DNA of 64,000 nucleotides from Bryobacteraceae bacterium (lineage in GTDB: Bacteria > Acidobacteriota > Terriglobia > Bryobacterales > Bryobacteraceae), in NCBI GenBank assembly GCA_036557945.1, contig DATBGM010000054.1, positions 4,188 to 68,187 of the forward strand, given 5' to 3'. Of this stretch, positions 8,564 to 19,549 are shown piece by piece. How positions within the stretch are numbered: position 1 is the stretch's first letter; each line of letters begins with the position of its first letter. The position numbers were made by a program, and so were the translations under genes. The notes under the pieces were generated by a model. The model saw only the letters and a program-made list of their open reading frames with translations. It was not told the DNA's origin and did no database searches.

Positions 8564-9763
8564 TCACTTCACTGCCAGGCCGGCTAAACCGGCCGATGCC
8601 CGTTTCCAGTCGCGCTTCATCTGGAGCCGCCCCGAATACATCGCAAGCCCGGCCACCGTGGTCCAGCTCGGATTATCCAGCTCGTCCGGCCAGTTCACGA
8701 TCCCGACGGCAAGGCCGTTGCGGGCCTGACAGTCCAAAACGCGTTCGGTAATATCGCAGATCCCGGAAAGCAGCGAGCCGCCGCCGGTGAGGATGGCGCC
8801 CTCCAGCAGCGATTGCTCCATGCCCACACGCAGAACCTCGGAAAAAATGCGCTCGAGAATATCCTCGGCACGCGCTTCGATGATTTCGTTCAACTGTCGC
8901 CTGCTCGTTTCCCGCATGCCGCGCCCCTCGGCCGTGGGTATTTCAATCAGGCTGTGATCGGATTCGACGCCGACGATGGCGTGCCCGTATTCACGCTTCA
9001 GACACTCGGCATCGTCATAGTCTACTTTCAAGAGCCACGAGATGTCGCGTGTGAAATGATCCGCTCCGATCGGCAGCGACGTAGCAAGTAGCAGCGCGTC
9101 GGCATCGTAGACCGCGAGCAGAGTGGATTGGGCGCCCACGTCGATCAAAGCAACGCCGCGCGCGCGATCCTCGGGAAGAATCGCTGCGTAAGCAGCCGCC
9201 ACGCCTTCAAAGATCGATTCCTCGACGGCAAGATGCGCCTTGTGAACTGCCGAAACCAGCCCCTGATGCTCGTTTTGGGAGGCCGTGATGACGTGCACGT
9301 TTGCTTCCAGCCGCGCGCACTGGATTCCTTTTGGATTCCGGTAGCCGGCGCGGCCATCTATCGTGAAATCCTGCGGGCAAATCTGTAGAATCTGGCGATC
9401 GTCTTCGAGCCGGACGCGGGAGGCAAGCTCGACAGCATAACGCAGATCGCCCGGTTCGATGTCTCTCCGGCGGCCAAACTCATAAAGGCCGCGGCTGTTA
9501 ACGCCGGAAACGCTGCCGCCCATACCGATTACTGCTGATTCCGGCGAAGCCTCGGCGCGTAGCTCTGCTTCATGCAGAGCAAACTGGATACTCTGTGTTA
9601 ATGCTTCCTGATCGGTGAGCCGGCCTTTGTTCCAGGCCTGAACCGGCGCTTCGCCGTGCCCCAGAAAACGCACGCCCTGATCTTCCAGCGCGCAGATCAC
9701 CACACGCGTGCTCGTCGCGCCCAGATCGAGCCCGACCGCCAGTTGTTTCGCTTTATTCGCCAC
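8564..9763 (-). CDS. ftsA: cell division protein FtsA
   Basis: Actin-fold motifs GLDLGATSTRVVI and ALIDVGAQSTLLAV; positioned between ftsQ and ftsZ; GTG start. Confidence 0.95.
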   Translation of the reverse strand: MANKAKQLAVGLDLGATSTRVVICALEDQGVRFLGHGEAPVQAWNKGRLTDQEALTQSIQFALHEAELRAEASPESAVIGMGGSVSGVNSRGLYEFGRRRDIEPGDLRYAVELASRVRLEDDRQILQICPQDFTIDGRAGYRNPKGIQCARLEANVHVITASQNEHQGLVSAVHKAHLAVEESIFEGVAAAYAAILPEDRARGVALIDVGAQSTLLAVYDADALLLATSLPIGADHFTRDISWLLKVDYDDAECLKREYGHAIVGVESDHSLIEIPTAEGRGMRETSRRQLNEIIEARAEDILERIFSEVLRVGMEQSLLEGAILTGGGSLLSGICDITERVLDCQARNGLAVGIVNWPDELDNPSWTTVAGLAMYSGRLQMKRDWKRASAGLAGLAVK

Positions 9764-10583
9764 CGTTATCGCCTCCTACGGCCGTAATCACGCCATCCAC
9801 ACGCAGATCGAGCGTGCGGGCGTCGGGACGCTTCTCCTTGATCGCTGGATAATTGTTTAGAAAACTCTGCAGGCGCTCGCTGTAATTGTCATCGCCAAGC
9901 ATCAGGTTCAGAACCAGGCCGTTAATATGCTCCGCCACGATCAGGTTATTCGGATCGGCCACGTTGACCTCAGAAATCTGCGCGGCCAGCGAACCGATAT
10001 CGCGTAACATGCCCAAGACGCGATGCACGCGCGCGCGCCGGTCGATGATGTTCTCGGATTCGCGAATCCCCGCGATCACTGGCAACGTAAACTGCGCGGC
10101 GATGCGCGGCCGCAAGATGTAGCCGTCTTTGTCGATCAGCGCGAGCCGCGTGGCGCCGTCCTTGCGGCCCGCCCCAAGCCGCACAAACGCCACCGGCACG
10201 CGCTCATCGACATGCACTCTCAGCGTGTCCGGCCAAACTTTCGAAATCGTTGCGTTCTCCACCCAGTCAATCGCCAGTAGCTCACGCCTGCGCTTCTGAA
10301 TCGGGACCAGATATAAGCTCTTCCCAAAGTCTTCGGCAAAGACGTGACGGATCTGGGAAGTCGACGCATAGTGAATGCCCTCCACAACGAGATTGGGACT
10401 GCGGCCGCGAAAGTCCTCCGATTCGGCCAGACGGAAACGCGGATCTTTGATCAGAAATTCTTCGGTGCTGTGCCAGGCGTAGAGCGTCGTCACCAGCAGC
10501 AGCAAGCCGGCAACCAGCAAAATGGTGAAACGAACCCAGCGGATGCGCTCCTGCGCTTCCTCGACGGCGGCGCGGCGCGGCAT
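9753..10583 (-). CDS. ftsQ: cell division protein FtsQ (POTRA domain)
   Basis: One N-terminal TM helix (FTILLVAGLLLLVTTLYAW) followed by a POTRA-like region. Its position, and an ATG overlapping the murC stop (TGATG at 10581-10585), support the call. Confidence 0.85.
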   Translation of the reverse strand: MPRRAAVEEAQERIRWVRFTILLVAGLLLLVTTLYAWHSTEEFLIKDPRFRLAESEDFRGRSPNLVVEGIHYASTSQIRHVFAEDFGKSLYLVPIQKRRRELLAIDWVENATISKVWPDTLRVHVDERVPVAFVRLGAGRKDGATRLALIDKDGYILRPRIAAQFTLPVIAGIRESENIIDRRARVHRVLGMLRDIGSLAAQISEVNVADPNNLIVAEHINGLVLNLMLGDDNYSERLQSFLNNYPAIKEKRPDARTLDLRVDGVITAVGGDNGGE

Positions 10584-11965
10584 CAGGCAGCAGCCTCCCG
10601 CAATCTCTCCAAAATCAGTTCAGAAGCCTGCGACACGTTGCCCGCGCCGAGCGTAATGATCACATCGCCCGGTTCCGCTGCTTCAATCAGCCGCTCGACA
10701 CCCTCCTCCATGCTGGCTACATAGTGCGCCGAGCGATGCCCGTGCGCCCGAATCTTCTCGATCAGTGCGTCCGCATCGACGCCTTCGATCGGCGCTTCCG
10801 ATGCCGCGTAGATGTCAAGAATGTAGACCTGGTCGGCCTGATGAAATGCCGTGCCGAATTCATCGAGCAGATGCAGCGTGCGCGAAAAGCGGTGCGGCTG
10901 AAAGAGCACCAGAATGCGGGAGAAATTTGCCAGCCGCGCGGCTGCAAGCGTCGCTTTGATCTCGGTCGGATGATGGCCGTAATCGTCGACCACTGTAATC
11001 CCGCGCTCACGCCCACGAATCGAAAAACGGCGATCCACTCCCGCAAAGGATTTGAGTCCTTCCTTGATCGCCGCCACCGCGATATCCAGCTCCAGCGCCA
11101 CGCCGATCGCCGCCGTCGCATTCAGCACGTTGTGAACGCCGGCCACATTCAATTGAAAATGTGCCAGCTCCACGCCGCCCCGCCGAATCGTGAACGCGCT
11201 GCTTTCCCCGCTTAACTCGACCGATTGTATTTCCAGGTCCACTTGCGCCGAGCGGCCATAGGTGATTGTGCGCCGTCGAATATTCGGGAAAATCCGCTGC
11301 ACGCTCTTGTCTTCCATGCAGAGCACGGCGGCGCCGTAAAACGGCACGCGATTCACGAACTCGATAAAAGCTGCCTCGATCTCAGCGAGCGAGGCGTAAT
11401 GATCCAGATGCTCGCGATCGATATTGGTAACAACCGCCAGAATCGGCGCCAGCTTCAGAAACGAGCCGTCGCTCTCATCCGACTCGACCACCAGCAGCGC
11501 GCTCTTTCCCACACGCGCGTTGGAACCCTGCATCGCTGCCACCTTGCCGCCGACGACGACCGTAGGGTCAAGCCCGGCCGTATTCAGAATGCTGGCGACC
11601 ATCGAAGTAGTCGTCGTCTTGCCGTGGCTCCCGGCGATCGCGATGCCGTATTTGAGCCGCATCAGCTCAGCAAGCAGTTCGCCGCGTGCAATCACCGGCA
11701 CCTGCAGGCGTCGCGCTTCTTCCACTTCCGGATTTGACGGGCTTAACGCCGAGGTCACCACCACCGCCTTCGCGCCCTTTACATGCGATGCCTCATGGCC
11801 GATCTGGATCGTCGCGCCAAGCTTCGCCAGCCGGTCGGTTGTCGGGCTGCGGCGGAGATCCGAGCCGGAAACCTGGTACCCCAAGGTGAGCAGCACTTCC
11901 GCGATACCGCTCATCCCGATGCCCCCGATTCCCACGAAGTGCACGTGTTGGGGCTTAAAAAACAT
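10583..11965 (-). CDS. murC: UDP-N-acetylmuramate--L-alanine ligase
   Basis: HFVGIGGIGMSGIAEVL and GSHGKTTTTSM Mur-ligase motifs. Confidence 0.95.
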   Translation of the reverse strand: MFFKPQHVHFVGIGGIGMSGIAEVLLTLGYQVSGSDLRRSPTTDRLAKLGATIQIGHEASHVKGAKAVVVTSALSPSNPEVEEARRLQVPVIARGELLAELMRLKYGIAIAGSHGKTTTTSMVASILNTAGLDPTVVVGGKVAAMQGSNARVGKSALLVVESDESDGSFLKLAPILAVVTNIDREHLDHYASLAEIEAAFIEFVNRVPFYGAAVLCMEDKSVQRIFPNIRRRTITYGRSAQVDLEIQSVELSGESSAFTIRRGGVELAHFQLNVAGVHNVLNATAAIGVALELDIAVAAIKEGLKSFAGVDRRFSIRGRERGITVVDDYGHHPTEIKATLAAARLANFSRILVLFQPHRFSRTLHLLDEFGTAFHQADQVYILDIYAASEAPIEGVDADALIEKIRAHGHRSAHYVASMEEGVERLIEAAEPGDVIITLGAGNVSQASELILERLREAAA

Positions 11966-12001
11966 TTACCATCCGTATTGTTCCGGCTTTCTCGACGCCT
12001 G

Positions 12002-13081
12002 TCAAGACCGTTTTCTTTCCGCCGCTTCTTCTAGTACATCGGCAGCACGCTCGGCTGCTCCGGGATGTGCAAACTGCCGCACCCGCTCCCGCATTCGGCC
12101 TAAGGCTTCAGGTTTAGCCCGCAATTCTTCCACTACCTCGAACAATTTCCGGCCATTCAGATCCGCGTCCAGAATCACGCGCGCGCCGCCCGCCTGCTCC
12201 ACCGCTTCCGCATTGCGCCGCTGATGATCGTCCGCCGCAAAAGGGAACGGAACGATCACCGACGCCATGCCCGCTGCTGCCAGTTCGCCGATCGTGCTCG
12301 CTCCTCCGCGCGCGACCACGAGATCCGCCTGCGCAAACGCCCCCGGCATATCGTGCAAGAACGGCACGACTTCTCCCGCCAGCCCCGTTTCGGCAAACTC
12401 GCTCGCGAGTGCCGCGTGCTCGGCGGACCCGGTCTGGTGCACGATCCGCACCGGCACGCCGCTCTCGCGAAAAAGCGGCCAGCTCTCCCGCGCCGCCCGG
12501 TTCAAAGTTCGTGCGCCGCGGCTTCCGCCCGTGATCAGCACGGTAAACGCCCCTTCACGCTTCCGCTCGACGCGAAAAAACTCTGCGCGGACTGGCAAGC
12601 CGGTCGTCTCTGTACGCCCCTTCGGAAAAAATCGGGCCGTCTCTTGAAAGCCGAGAAGCGCCTTGGTTACCCCGCGCGAAATCCAGCGGTTGGCCGCTCC
12701 GGGCACTGCGTTCGGCTCCATCACGATCAGCGGAATACGTTCGAGAATCGCAGCCATCGTTACCGGTCCGGCTACATATCCGCCCATGCTGAACACCGCG
12801 CGCGGCGCAAATCGCCGCAGAATCTTCGCCGACGCCAGGACTGCCATCGGCAGCACCGCCGCCGTCTTCAGCCGCTGCTCGAAACCGACTCGATTCAGTC
12901 CGCCGCTACGCACAAAAAACATCTCGTGCCCGGCTTCCGGAATGATCCGCGCCTCCATCCCTTGCGGCGTGCCGATGAACAGCAACTTGTGCCCGCGCTC
13001 GCGCAGAACATTGCCAACCGCCAGCACCGGATAAATATGGCCGCCCGTCCCGCCGCCCACGAGTACAAACGAATGCGGCAT
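12002..13081 (-). CDS. murG: undecaprenyl-PP-MurNAc-pentapeptide GlcNAc transferase
   Basis: N-terminal GGGTGGHIYPVLAV motif; position in the dcw cluster. Confidence 0.95.
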   Translation of the reverse strand: MPHSFVLVGGGTGGHIYPVLAVGNVLRERGHKLLFIGTPQGMEARIIPEAGHEMFFVRSGGLNRVGFEQRLKTAAVLPMAVLASAKILRRFAPRAVFSMGGYVAGPVTMAAILERIPLIVMEPNAVPGAANRWISRGVTKALLGFQETARFFPKGRTETTGLPVRAEFFRVERKREGAFTVLITGGSRGARTLNRAARESWPLFRESGVPVRIVHQTGSAEHAALASEFAETGLAGEVVPFLHDMPGAFAQADLVVARGGASTIGELAAAGMASVIVPFPFAADDHQRRNAEAVEQAGGARVILDADLNGRKLFEVVEELRAKPEALGRMRERVRQFAHPGAAERAADVLEEAAERKRS

Positions 13082-14224
13082 CTACCCCGCGTGCTCGCTG
13101 ACACTTAACAGCATGCCCATCATCACGAGCGTGCTCATCAGCGAACTTCCGCCCGAGCTGATGAACGGCAGCGGAATCCCTTTGTTCGGCGCAAGTCCGA
13201 GAACCACGCTCATATTGAGCAGCGCCTGCAGCACCACGCAAACCGTCACACCCAAGGCGAGGTAACGGCCGAACGGATCGCCCGTGCGCACAAACGTTCG
13301 AATACCGCGCCAAAGCAGCACGCCGAAACCAACGATTAGCAGTGATGCGCCCAGCAACCCAGTCTCCTCGCCGACAATGCCGTAAATGAAATCCGTATGC
13401 GCCTCGGGCAGATAGAGCAGCTTCTGCTTGCTCTGCATCAGCCCGACGCCCGTGAGCCCGCCCGAGCCAACCGCGATCTTCGATTGCCGCTGCTGATAAC
13501 CCGGATCGCTCGTCGAAGCCGTCTGATGCGCGTATTGCAGGATGTGCCCCTTGGGATCGATTTTTGCGAGCAGCTTATGATCTTTGTCCACAAATTCGAT
13601 CGCTCGCATTAACCGGTACGGCTTCATCGCAATGAAGGCGATGCCGAGCAGCAGTCCCAAAACCCCGCACATCGCCATATATCTCGTCTCGATACCAGCC
13701 ACGTACATCACCGCGACCGTCATCGCCACCAGCACCACCGCCGTACCGAAATCGGCGATCGCCACTGCCAGCGCCATCACCGAAACCACAACAGCAATCG
13801 GTCCGAGCGTGTGCCGTTCGTTGATTGCATCGAGGCGGCGGCACAGAAAAAAGGCAAGAAACAACGCCAGCGCGGGTTTCGCAAGCTCCGAAGGCTGCAT
13901 CGAAAACGGCCCGGCTCGCAGCCATCGATGTGTGCCGCCGTCAGCAAGATAGACAGCTACCAGCAGCAGCATCACGATCCCCAGACAAGCGAACGCCACC
14001 TTTGGGTTATTCCACTCCCGATAATCGCGCCGCATGCAGTAGAGCAGCAGAAGGAACGACACCACTGCCCAGCCAAGCTGCCGTACGAAGAAATGCGTGC
14101 TCGAAACGTGGTACTTCAGCTCGGCGATGAACGACGACGCGCTGTAGACCATCACCAATCCGAAGCAGACGAGCGTCAGCACCGTGAGGAAGAGAATCCA
14201 GTCTGTTTTCAGCCGCTGCGCCAT
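13082..14224 (-). CDS. ftsW: SEDS-family peptidoglycan polymerase / lipid II flippase FtsW
   Basis: Polytopic membrane protein with PSELAKPAL and IPLPFISSGGSS motifs. I chose the ATG at 14224 because the longer ORF to 14356 would overlap murD. Confidence 0.9.
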   Translation of the reverse strand: MAQRLKTDWILFLTVLTLVCFGLVMVYSASSFIAELKYHVSSTHFFVRQLGWAVVSFLLLLYCMRRDYREWNNPKVAFACLGIVMLLLVAVYLADGGTHRWLRAGPFSMQPSELAKPALALFLAFFLCRRLDAINERHTLGPIAVVVSVMALAVAIADFGTAVVLVAMTVAVMYVAGIETRYMAMCGVLGLLLGIAFIAMKPYRLMRAIEFVDKDHKLLAKIDPKGHILQYAHQTASTSDPGYQQRQSKIAVGSGGLTGVGLMQSKQKLLYLPEAHTDFIYGIVGEETGLLGASLLIVGFGVLLWRGIRTFVRTGDPFGRYLALGVTVCVVLQALLNMSVVLGLAPNKGIPLPFISSGGSSLMSTLVMMGMLLSVSEHAG

Positions 14225-14228
14225 AACT

Positions 14229-15554
14229 TTAAAACAATTCTGCCACGATTTGTTTGAACGTTTTGCCTCGTTCTTCGTAGTTCTGAAATTGATCGAAGCT
14301 CGCACACGCCGGGGCCAGCAGCACGAAATCGCCCGACTTCGCGTGAGCGCGCGCAAAAGGAACCGCCTTCTGCACTGTTTCGCAGATCTCGACCGGCACG
14401 CGGCCGCGCAGCGCTTCTTCGATTAACGGCGTCGCAGCGCCGATCAACAGCGCGCCTTTCGCCTTCTCCTTCAGCGCCGCTGCGAGCGGTGTATAGTCGC
14501 TGCCCTTATCCTTGCCGCCCAAAATGATCCATAAATTCCCGGGGAACGATGCGATCGCCTTCAACGTTGCATCCACGTTCGTCGCTTTCGAATCGTTGTA
14601 GTAAACGACGCCGTCCAGCTCGCGCACAAATTCAATGCGGTGCTCGACTCCAGGAAAGCTCTCGACCGCTGCCGGCAGCGCATCCAGCGGCGCGCCGGCC
14701 AGGTGCGCCATAAGCGCCGCGGCCATGACGTTCTCGACATTGTGCATCCCGCGCAGCCGGATCGAGCCCAATGGCAGAAATGGCTCGCCGCAGTAGAGCA
14801 GCGCATCTTTCTCGATCGCAACACCCTGCGGAACCGGCTGCGTCGAACTGAACCAGAAGATTTCCGCAGGAGTGAGGCGCGCATAGTTCCGGCAGATCGC
14901 GTCGTCGTAATTCAAAACAGCGAAGTCGCCCCTGATCTGCGTCTCGAACAGCCGGCCTTTGGCTTTCGCGTAGACATCCAGTGTCCCGTGGCGGTCCAAA
15001 TGGTCGGGCGTGACGTTCAGGCACGCCGCGATATGCGCGCGGAACCGGTCAATCGTTTCCAGTTGAAACGAAGAAAGCTCGAGCACGTTCCATTGCTCTT
15101 CACTCGATGACTCGATGAGCGACGTTACCGCAGTTCCGATATTCCCTCCGACCTGTGCCGGAATTTGACATTTGCGCAATAAGTGCCCGGTGAGGGCTGT
15201 GGTGGTTGTCTTGCCGTTTGAACCCGTGATGCCGATCGTGGGACCCTGCAAAAAATACGAAGCCAGTTCAACCTCGCCGATCACCGGCACGCCACGCTCG
15301 CGAGCGGTCGCAAACAGAGGCAGATCGAATGGCACTGCCGGCGAAAGCACAATCAAATCCGGCGCGCCCAGGTTCTCCGGCGCCTGCGCGGCTACTGCTA
15401 CACCCAGTGCGGCGAATCGTAGCTGCTCTTCAGCGCTCGGAATCTGCGCATCCATCGCGCGCACATGCACACCTTGCTTATGCAGCAGGTCGATCGCGCC
15501 CGCGCCTGAGCGCTTGATGCCAACTACAAGAACATTCTTGCCGCGAAAATCCAA
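14229..15554 (-). CDS. murD: UDP-N-acetylmuramoylalanine--D-glutamate ligase
   Basis: GITGSNGKTTTTAL motif; TTG start; cluster position. Confidence 0.95.
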   Translation of the reverse strand: MDFRGKNVLVVGIKRSGAGAIDLLHKQGVHVRAMDAQIPSAEEQLRFAALGVAVAAQAPENLGAPDLIVLSPAVPFDLPLFATARERGVPVIGEVELASYFLQGPTIGITGSNGKTTTTALTGHLLRKCQIPAQVGGNIGTAVTSLIESSSEEQWNVLELSSFQLETIDRFRAHIAACLNVTPDHLDRHGTLDVYAKAKGRLFETQIRGDFAVLNYDDAICRNYARLTPAEIFWFSSTQPVPQGVAIEKDALLYCGEPFLPLGSIRLRGMHNVENVMAAALMAHLAGAPLDALPAAVESFPGVEHRIEFVRELDGVVYYNDSKATNVDATLKAIASFPGNLWIILGGKDKGSDYTPLAAALKEKAKGALLIGAATPLIEEALRGRVPVEICETVQKAVPFARAHAKSGDFVLLAPACASFDQFQNYEERGKTFKQIVAELF

Positions 15555-15561
15555 CCTGCTC

Positions 15562-16698
15562 TTACCTCAGCTTCAGCGTCGCCAGCGCGAACAATGCCAT
15601 CACCAAACCCGCAATCCAGAAGCGTACGATCACCTTCGATTCCGGCCAGCCCAGCGCCTCGAAGTGATGATGAATGGGAGCCATCTTGAAAATCCGTTTG
15701 CCGCCGCGCAGCTTGTAGCTGCCTACCTGCAGAATGACCGACAGCGCCTCAATCACATAAACCCCGCCGATAAACAAGAGCAGCACCTCCTGCTTGATCA
15801 GCACCGCCACGATACCCAGGCCGCCGCCCAGCGCGAGCGACCCGACATCGCCCATGAACACCTGCGCAGGGTGGCTGTTGTACCAAAGAAACCCGAGACT
15901 CGCACCCACCATCGAGGCGCAGAAAATCGTCAGCTCCTGTGAATTCGGCAGCCTGGCCAGGTCGAGATAATTCGAAAGAGCAACGTGGCTCGATACATAC
16001 GTGAGCGCGGTCATAGCGCCGGATGCAATGATCATCAACCCGATCGCGAGACCGTCCAGCCCATCGGTCAGGTTCACCGCATTTGACGACCCCACCATCA
16101 CCAGCACAATAAACGCATAAAAAAAGAGGAACGCGAGCGGATAGGTCCAGTAGCTTCTCGTCCACGCTTCGACCAACAGATCCGGTTTGAATTGCTTGAA
16201 GAAAGGAATATTGATCGCTGTCGAATACGCCTGATGCGCATGCAGCAACAGCAGAAAAAAGCCGATCAGCATCGCGACCAGCACCTGCGCCCAGAACTTC
16301 TGCCGCGCTGTTAAGCCCAGGTTGCGCTTCTTCGCAATCTTTGCGTAGTCATCGATAAAACCGATTGCGCCAAAACCGATCAGCCCGAGCAGCGCGAGCC
16401 AGATATAACGATTGCTCAAGTCCGCCCAGAGAAGCGTCGGGGCGACAATCGAGACCACAATCAGCAGGCCGCCCATGGTGGGCGTCCCGGCTTTCTTCTG
16501 ATGTGACTGCGGTCCTTCTTCGCGGATATGCTGCCCGAAGCTCCACCCGCGCAGTTTGCGTATCAGCCAGGGGCCGAGCGCAAGCGAAAGCGCCAGCGCC
16601 GTCAGGTTTGCCAGCGCCACACGCGTCGTGATATAGCCGAAGACGCGAAACGGCGGAATATAGCGATGAAGAACCTGGAAGAGCAGCCAGTAGAGCAT
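15562..16698 (-). CDS. mraY: phospho-N-acetylmuramoyl-pentapeptide transferase
   Basis: TPTMGGLLI and NAVNLTDGLDGLA motifs; polytopic membrane protein. Confidence 0.97.
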   Translation of the reverse strand: MLYWLLFQVLHRYIPPFRVFGYITTRVALANLTALALSLALGPWLIRKLRGWSFGQHIREEGPQSHQKKAGTPTMGGLLIVVSIVAPTLLWADLSNRYIWLALLGLIGFGAIGFIDDYAKIAKKRNLGLTARQKFWAQVLVAMLIGFFLLLLHAHQAYSTAINIPFFKQFKPDLLVEAWTRSYWTYPLAFLFFYAFIVLVMVGSSNAVNLTDGLDGLAIGLMIIASGAMTALTYVSSHVALSNYLDLARLPNSQELTIFCASMVGASLGFLWYNSHPAQVFMGDVGSLALGGGLGIVAVLIKQEVLLLFIGGVYVIEALSVILQVGSYKLRGGKRIFKMAPIHHHFEALGWPESKVIVRFWIAGLVMALFALATLKLR

Positions 16699-16702
16699 CC
16701 GA

Positions 16703-18022
16703 TTAACTTTCTATTGTGGCGAGCGCCTCTTCCAAATGGGTGCCGCGCGAGCCTTTGAACAGCACCGCGTCGCCGGCACGCAGAAAATCGTGCAGAAATT
16801 CACCCGCGCTCTTCGCGTCGTCGAAAAACATGCCATGTGCCTCTTCGGCCAGAAAGCGCGCTGCGCCGCGAACCCCGATCACAACATCCACGCCGTGCGC
16901 GGCCGCGTAGGCGCCTAGTTCGCGATGCAGTTGCTCTGCCCATTCGCCAAGCTCGAGCATTTCGCCGAGCACGGCAATCCTTCGCTGCGCGCTCTCGCGC
17001 TTCAGGACATCGATCATCGCCTGCGCAGCTTCCGGATTCGAATTATAGGAATCGTCCAGAATCGTGATTCCGCGAAGTTCGCGCCGGGTACCGCGCATTT
17101 TGCCCGGCTGCAGCGCCGCGACCGGCGCGACCAGCTCCCTAAACGGAATATCGAACAGACTCGCGACGGCTACTCCGGCGAGAATGTTTAAGACCGCGTG
17201 GCGGCCCGCAAGCTTCGTCCGAAACGTGACGCCGTCTACACGAAAACTCGATCCCTCCGGGCCTGTTTCCACGGCTTCCGCGCGAATCTGCGCACGCTCG
17301 CGCGTGCCGTACGTGAGTACGCGCCCTTTGTGATACTCGGCAAACCCAAGCACGCGCGCATCGTCCGCATTCAATACGGCGACGCCATCCGCAGGCAGCG
17401 CCTCGATCAGCTCGCGCTTGGCAGCCGAAACCCCCTCGATCGAAGAAAACGCTTCGATATGCGCATACCCGACATTTGTCACGACGCCAATCTGCGGCCG
17501 CGCAATTTCCGCTAACGCGTGAATCTCGCCCGCATGATTCATACCCATCTCGAGCACTGCCGCGCGCGCGCTGTCCGGAATGCGGAGAATACTCAGCGGC
17601 AGGCCGATGTGATTGTTCAGATTGCCGGCCGTCTTTCCCACTTCCAAGCGGGTCGCAAGCAGCGCGGCAATAACATCTTTCGTCCCGGTCTTGCCCGCGC
17701 TGCCGGTTACGCCAATCACCGGGTTTCCCCAACGCTCACATGCACGCCGCGCGACTCTTTGCAGCGCGCCTACCGTGTCGCCAACATACAAAACCGGTTT
17801 GGCGCATGCGGCAACAGGCTCGCTTACAATCGCCGCAACGGCGCCCTTCTCGAACGCAGCCGCGACAAACCGGCGCCCGTCAAAATGCTCGCCCTTAATG
17901 GCAAAAAACAGATCCCCGCGCTCGACCGTGCGCGAATCGATACTCCAGCCGGTAATGAGGGTTTCCGGCTCCCCCGAAGGCATATCGAGAAAGCGCGCGA
18001 CGTCGCGTAAAGACAGCTGCAT
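16703..18022 (-). CDS. murF: UDP-MurNAc-tripeptide--D-Ala-D-Ala ligase
   Basis: IGVTGSAGKTGTKD motif; cluster position. Confidence 0.93.
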   Translation of the reverse strand: MQLSLRDVARFLDMPSGEPETLITGWSIDSRTVERGDLFFAIKGEHFDGRRFVAAAFEKGAVAAIVSEPVAACAKPVLYVGDTVGALQRVARRACERWGNPVIGVTGSAGKTGTKDVIAALLATRLEVGKTAGNLNNHIGLPLSILRIPDSARAAVLEMGMNHAGEIHALAEIARPQIGVVTNVGYAHIEAFSSIEGVSAAKRELIEALPADGVAVLNADDARVLGFAEYHKGRVLTYGTRERAQIRAEAVETGPEGSSFRVDGVTFRTKLAGRHAVLNILAGVAVASLFDIPFRELVAPVAALQPGKMRGTRRELRGITILDDSYNSNPEAAQAMIDVLKRESAQRRIAVLGEMLELGEWAEQLHRELGAYAAAHGVDVVIGVRGAARFLAEEAHGMFFDDAKSAGEFLHDFLRAGDAVLFKGSRGTHLEEALATIES

Positions 18023-18034
18023 TCATCCCAGCTT

Positions 18035-19549
18035 CTAAGCAGTCCCGCGGGTACGCTCTTTCCCGTACCCGAACGAACGCAACACCTGCCGCGCCACTTC
18101 GCGATCATCGAACGCGATCGGGCCATCTTTCAATACCTGGTATGTTTCGTGCCCTTTGCCCGCCAGAATCACGACGTCGCCCGGCGCGGCGGTTTCGATC
18201 GCCTTGCGAATTGCGCGCTCGCGATCCGGCTCCGCCACGTGCGGTGTATCGAATCGGCTCAGTCCCACCATCGCGTCGTTCATAATCGCGAGCGGGTCCT
18301 CGCTGCGCGGATTGTCCGATGTCAGTACCACGTAATCGCTGCCTTCCGCCGCTACCATGCCCATCAGCGGGCGCTTCGAGCGGTCGCGATCGCCGCCGCA
18401 GCCGAACAGCGTGATCACGCGCTTCGGCCGCATCGCGCGTGCCGCCGCAATCACATTGCGCAGCGCATCGTCGGTGTGCGCATAATCCACGACCACCGTG
18501 AACGGCTGGCCCTCTTCCACCCGTTCGAATCTTCCCGGCACCCGTTGCAAGTTCGCCAGTCCTTTCTGTATCTCTTCTTCCTTCAATCCGTACGAGAGCG
18601 CCACTCCGGCCGCCAGCAAGATGTTCTGCATATTGATATGCCCGACCAACGCCGATTTAACAGGAAAACGCTGCGGCCCGGCGATGATCTCGAACGACAG
18701 TCCGTCGAAGCCGGATTGTATGTCCTCGGCACAGATCCACAGCTCACCCGTTGAGGGCCGCGCGCCTGTGCCGTACCAGAACAGCCGGGTTTCCGGCGCA
18801 ATTTCCAGCTTCCGCACTTGCTCGTCATCTGCATTCAGCACCGCGAAGCGCGGGGGAGGGCCGCTCCGCGGTGTGAACAACAACTGTTTCGCGCTGAAAT
18901 ACGCCTCCATCGTGCCGTGGTAATCGAGATGATCGCGGGTAAAGTTTGTGAACGCCGCCGTATGAAAGTGCATCCCGTAGATGCGGCCCAGATCGAGCGC
19001 ATGAGACGAAGCTTCGAGCGTCGCGTGTGTTCCGCCCACGGCCGCCAGCTCATCAAACATGCGGAACAGATCGAGCGATTCGGGCGTCGTGTTCACGGCC
19101 GGCAATACGCGCCCCGCGAGATGATACTCGATCGTTCCAATCAGCGCGGTCACTTTGCCCGCCGCGCGCAGTATCGAATCCACCAGCATCGAGCTTGTGG
19201 TCTTCCCGTTTGTGCCGGTGATGCCCGTCAGCAAAACGCGCTCATCCGGTTTGCGATAGAAATTGCGTGCAGCGAGCGCCAGCGCCTCGCGCCCATGCGT
19301 CACCTGAATCCACGGCCCGCGCGCAGAAGAATCCGCGGGCCGGTCGCTCACTACCGCCAGTGCGCCCTTTTCGAATGCCGAAGCCGCGTAGCGCGCGCCA
19401 TCTGTTCTGGATCCGGCAAACGCAAAGAATAGAAAACCAGGCTCCACCTTGCGGCTGTCGTATGCCAGCCCCCGGGCATCCATCGCGAGCAGCGTCGGCG
19501 GAAGCTGGCGGACCAGCGGCACGCCTTCCAGTACGTGTGAAAGCTGCAT
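18035..19549 (-). CDS. murE: UDP-MurNAc-L-Ala-D-Glu--2,6-diaminopimelate ligase
   Basis: ITGTNGKTTSSML and DNPRSEDP motifs. Confidence 0.95.
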   Translation of the reverse strand: MQLSHVLEGVPLVRQLPPTLLAMDARGLAYDSRKVEPGFLFFAFAGSRTDGARYAASAFEKGALAVVSDRPADSSARGPWIQVTHGREALALAARNFYRKPDERVLLTGITGTNGKTTSSMLVDSILRAAGKVTALIGTIEYHLAGRVLPAVNTTPESLDLFRMFDELAAVGGTHATLEASSHALDLGRIYGMHFHTAAFTNFTRDHLDYHGTMEAYFSAKQLLFTPRSGPPPRFAVLNADDEQVRKLEIAPETRLFWYGTGARPSTGELWICAEDIQSGFDGLSFEIIAGPQRFPVKSALVGHINMQNILLAAGVALSYGLKEEEIQKGLANLQRVPGRFERVEEGQPFTVVVDYAHTDDALRNVIAAARAMRPKRVITLFGCGGDRDRSKRPLMGMVAAEGSDYVVLTSDNPRSEDPLAIMNDAMVGLSRFDTPHVAEPDRERAIRKAIETAAPGDVVILAGKGHETYQVLKDGPIAFDDREVARQVLRSFGYGKERTRGTA